A DNA stretch of 64,000 bases from Vezdaea acicularis (taxonomy: Eukaryota), in NCBI GenBank assembly GCA_026025075.1, contig JAPEUI010000062.1:1-64000 (forward strand), written 5' to 3'. Shown one piece after another: positions 61,109-64,000 of the stretch. The notes beneath the pieces are model-generated. The model was not told where the DNA came from and did not search any database. It was given only the letters and a program-made list of their open reading frames with translations. The first letter of the stretch is position 1. Every line of letters starts with the position of its first letter. A program made the position numbers and the translations under genes.

Positions 61109-62215
61109 ATGATCAAGTGCCTTTCTCCGGATGATCCAAATAGGTCATGGCCCTTTTGTCCTTCCTTCGTGGCCTCGATCATATTCACAGTACTCTTTTC
61201 ATCCACTACACTAGCACATCTCATCCAAGCAATCCACTTCCGTAAAGGATGGTGCTGGGTTATCGTCATGGGCGGGATTTGGCAGACAGCCGCCTTTGTC
61301 TTTCGCGATCTCTCAGTCCTTGTCCAGGCAAACAAGAACTGGTACCAATATCAATTCATTCTGGTCTTGCTGGCGCCACTATGGGTGAATGCCTTCGTTT
61401 ACATGGTTATGGGACGGATGGTATGGAACTTCCTTCCAGCTCAGAAGATCTTCGGCATCCGTGCCACCAGAGTGACACTTTGCTTCCTCCTGTTGGACAT
61501 CATTGCATTCATAATCCAAGCAATCGGTGTCGTCCTCGCATCCAGCCAGAACGCCAAACCGGCAACACTATTGCTTGGTCTCCATATTTACCAAGGTGGT
61601 CTCGCCTTCCAGGAGGCCTTCCTCCTCTTTTTCGTCTACCTCGGTATAAGATTCCAGTTGAAATTGCGCGTCGAAGGGTACGCGAGCGATACCACAAAGC
61701 CGATCAGGCTTCTCTACGTTCTCTACGCCGTAATCACATTGATCACAATCCGTATCGTTTACCGAATCGTCGAATATGCCGGCGGTCCTGATGACTATAT
61801 TCCCACCCACGAAGCATTCGCTTACTGTCTCGACTCGCTCCCGATGTTCATCGCCCTTGTCCTGTTCAACGTTTCACATCCTGGAACAATTATGCGAGGC
61901 CGCGAGAGCGAGTTCCCAAGCAGAAAGGTCAGGAAACAGATGAAGAACTCCAGGAAGATGGAAAATGGACATCAGCTTCTGCCGACACACGAGACAACAG
62001 ATGCCTTCAAGCCAACGTCATATGAGCCAAGCTACGATCTCAATGAGCATCCGACTTACGATCCCCATTCTCGATCAGTGAGCACTCAACCGCCCGTGCG
62101 TGGGTCGTCTTCTCCAGCGTTTGAGCCCTCCTACCGCTCATCGACTCCTCAGCCGTATGAGCCGATGAGGCACCAGATCGGCGCAGTCACTGTGGGGACA
62201 GCTACGTCACTTTAG
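61109..62215 (+). CDS. RTA1-family (lipid-translocating exporter) 7-TM protein
   Basis: LLAPLWVNAFVYMVMGR, FLLLDIIAFIIQAIG, IRIVYRIVEY, HEAFAYCLDSLPM, HPG motifs. Confidence 0.9.
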   Translation: MIKCLSPDDPNRSWPFCPSFVASIIFTVLFSSTTLAHLIQAIHFRKGWCWVIVMGGIWQTAAFVFRDLSVLVQANKNWYQYQFILVLLAPLWVNAFVYMVMGRMVWNFLPAQKIFGIRATRVTLCFLLLDIIAFIIQAIGVVLASSQNAKPATLLLGLHIYQGGLAFQEAFLLFFVYLGIRFQLKLRVEGYASDTTKPIRLLYVLYAVITLITIRIVYRIVEYAGGPDDYIPTHEAFAYCLDSLPMFIALVLFNVSHPGTIMRGRESEFPSRKVRKQMKNSRKMENGHQLLPTHETTDAFKPTSYEPSYDLNEHPTYDPHSRSVSTQPPVRGSSSPAFEPSYRSSTPQPYEPMRHQIGAVTVGTATSL

Positions 62216-63715
62216 ATAGCAACATAAGAGTTTCATTGACTACTTAGCGGCATATTCATCTTTCTACGTTACGCATTCCTGGCGTTTTGGTAGTTCTGGG
62301 TCTATTGCATAGGTTGCATGGCGTCAATGCTTGTGCTTTTGATTTTATTAAGTCAATCAGCTTTAGAAATCTATTCCACGCGATGCTTTTATGAAGCATT
62401 GGATTCTGATTCGTATTCCAACTTATCGCGTGCTGTGTACCTTTTGCGCGCATAACATATTCTTCTGATAGAATGTCATAACTTTAAGAAAGGGTCTTAT
62501 GCTTAGTTGTCCTCTTTCGATTTACGTTCCTATTCCTGACCATGTCAATCTAGTTGGCGTGAAGCCAAGAAGCTCAGGTGCCACCAGGTGCTCTTTGCCA
62601 TGCTTGCCAGACGCGGGTCATCTATTTCCCTCAATCTCCTGTCATGCAAGATCTGAAGGCCCACGTGCCTTCACCCGACCTCGACGTTTCGCGATCGTTC
62701 ATACAGTCGAGGGAACCGGAACGAGGGGAAGGATTACAGGGTCTTTGTGGGGTCGGCTCCCTCGCTCTCGGGTCGCCTTTGATTCAAATCGGCGATCAAG
62801 GGGGTTCGTCTGGGCGTGGATGTTTCCTGTTCACGATATCGCCACCCCTTATTGCAAAGTTTGTTGCAGACTTCATGATTACGTAGAGGATAGGTATGCC
62901 TTTCGGTCTGGGGCGATGTTTGTGATTTGGAAGCTCCAACCGATCTCACAAGTAGGCTGAAAATTTGGCCTAGGCGGAGCAACTTCCCGCAACCCGAGCT
63001 GTGACATTTTTTCGACAGTTCTGAATTCTGCCCGACCAGGAAATTGACTTCGTATTCGTAGCGAAGCCGATGTGAGCCAGGAATTCTCAATTTTATTCCA
63101 AAGTCCCACGTGCGCCTCGTTTGAACAGGATATGGGTCATTACTCGTATTGTCCCATTCCTCCACGTCGATTCATCGTTCGCGCAAGCGTATCCATTACA
63201 ATTCTTCACCTTATATGATGCTCTGGGCCGCTGAGTGACTGGACACTCACAGTCTCGGTCACATTAGGGTTGTTGCGGTGGGGTAGTGCCGTGTTCAAGC
63301 AGACACGGCCACATAGACTTTTCCATAGATGCAGACTTTGCCATTTGATCGATCAATCATCTAACCACTTCACATGTCACCCCCTAACTCTGTGTGTGAC
63401 ATATACAGATTACGTTTCCTCCATCTTATCGTACATGGAGTCTAATCTATAATGGAACCCGACCATGTCCGGAACGCCGAACATGCTTTTCCGTCTTTTT
63501 ACATCTATCTTTCCAAACCATGCAATAAAACTCCGCTACAGCCGTAACGCCGTGTAAGAGATAGTCAAAGCATCCCTTCACTCACCTGAAAATACTCGTC
63601 GCGATGCCGCCTCAACTAGTCTATGCCAGAGGTTCTATTGACCTATATGTTGGCTAGGAGGGTATCCTGTCACGAATTGGGGCCATCTTAGTGCCCGACA
63701 CACGGCCTTTGGGCC

Positions 63716-64000
63716 TTAATGTCTCACAATAGCCCACCAAAAAATCCCCATTACTGCCCCAAGCAGAATCGCAAAGGGAACTTTTAGGCCGAAGGATGAG
63801 GTAAGCACAAACGTAGTCGCTGTGATAGCAATCCACCAGGGATCGGAACCCAGCGTCGTTCCATGCGGGTTGTTTTCGTTTAGAAGGCCGACATGCCACA
63901 ACCGGTAGACAGCGCAATATATCAACCCAATTGCCAAAGCATTGATGCCTCTTAAAAGACTATTCAGCCATTCCTGGGCTCTCAGGTGTGCCCATATCCC
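63716..64000 (-). CDS. Chromate ion transporter (CHR family), 3' end; 5' part lies outside the window
   Basis: Frame open to the window edge: LRGINALAIGLIYCAVYRLW...LGSDPWWIAITAT...PFAILLGAVMG. Confidence 0.75.
   Translation of the reverse strand, partial: GIWAHLRAQEWLNSLLRGINALAIGLIYCAVYRLWHVGLLNENNPHGTTLGSDPWWIAITATTFVLTSSFGLKVPFAILLGAVMGIFWWAIVRH

Noticed and set aside
62499..63165. Overlapping 102-153 aa ORFs on both strands
   Set aside because: No recognisable domain or splice pattern; a possible relic but unsupported

Overview
Gene-dense, intron-containing chromosomal segment of a filamentous ascomycete (Pezizomycotina-type GT..CTRAC..YAG introns of ~45-160 nt). I saw no transposon, rRNA, tRNA or CRISPR array. 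About 25 genes can be read: Yippee, ODC antizyme (+1 frameshift), RPL42, VPS62, PRP2, a 2H phosphoesterase, RPL30, RPL10, a DNMT5-type methyltransferase-SNF2 fusion, DPB2, a RhoGEF, RTC3, a peroxisomal quinone oxidoreductase, DSK2, a head-to-head noxD/noxA pair, TDG, a PXA-PX nexin, a PRISE-type SDR, IMP3, a fluoroacetate-dehalogenase-like hydrolase, an RTA1 protein and part of a chromate transporter. There are also two pseudogenes that the ORF track misses (DJ-1/PfpI and PLAC8). Most notable signals: (1) a textbook kink-turn next to the branch point of RPL30 intron 3, a candidate eL30 splicing autoregulation switch, plus structured RPL10 introns and 3' UTR; (2) a PLAC8 gene with eight in-frame stops, each one transition from a sense codon (RIP- or deamination-like); (3) DNMT5 with a clustered MCB/SCB promoter; (4) a microexon/GC-AG gene that keeps the fluoroacetate dehalogenase active-site residues; (5) the antizyme UCC-UGA site with two downstream stems. 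All gene models were spliced by eye; no database searches were run.
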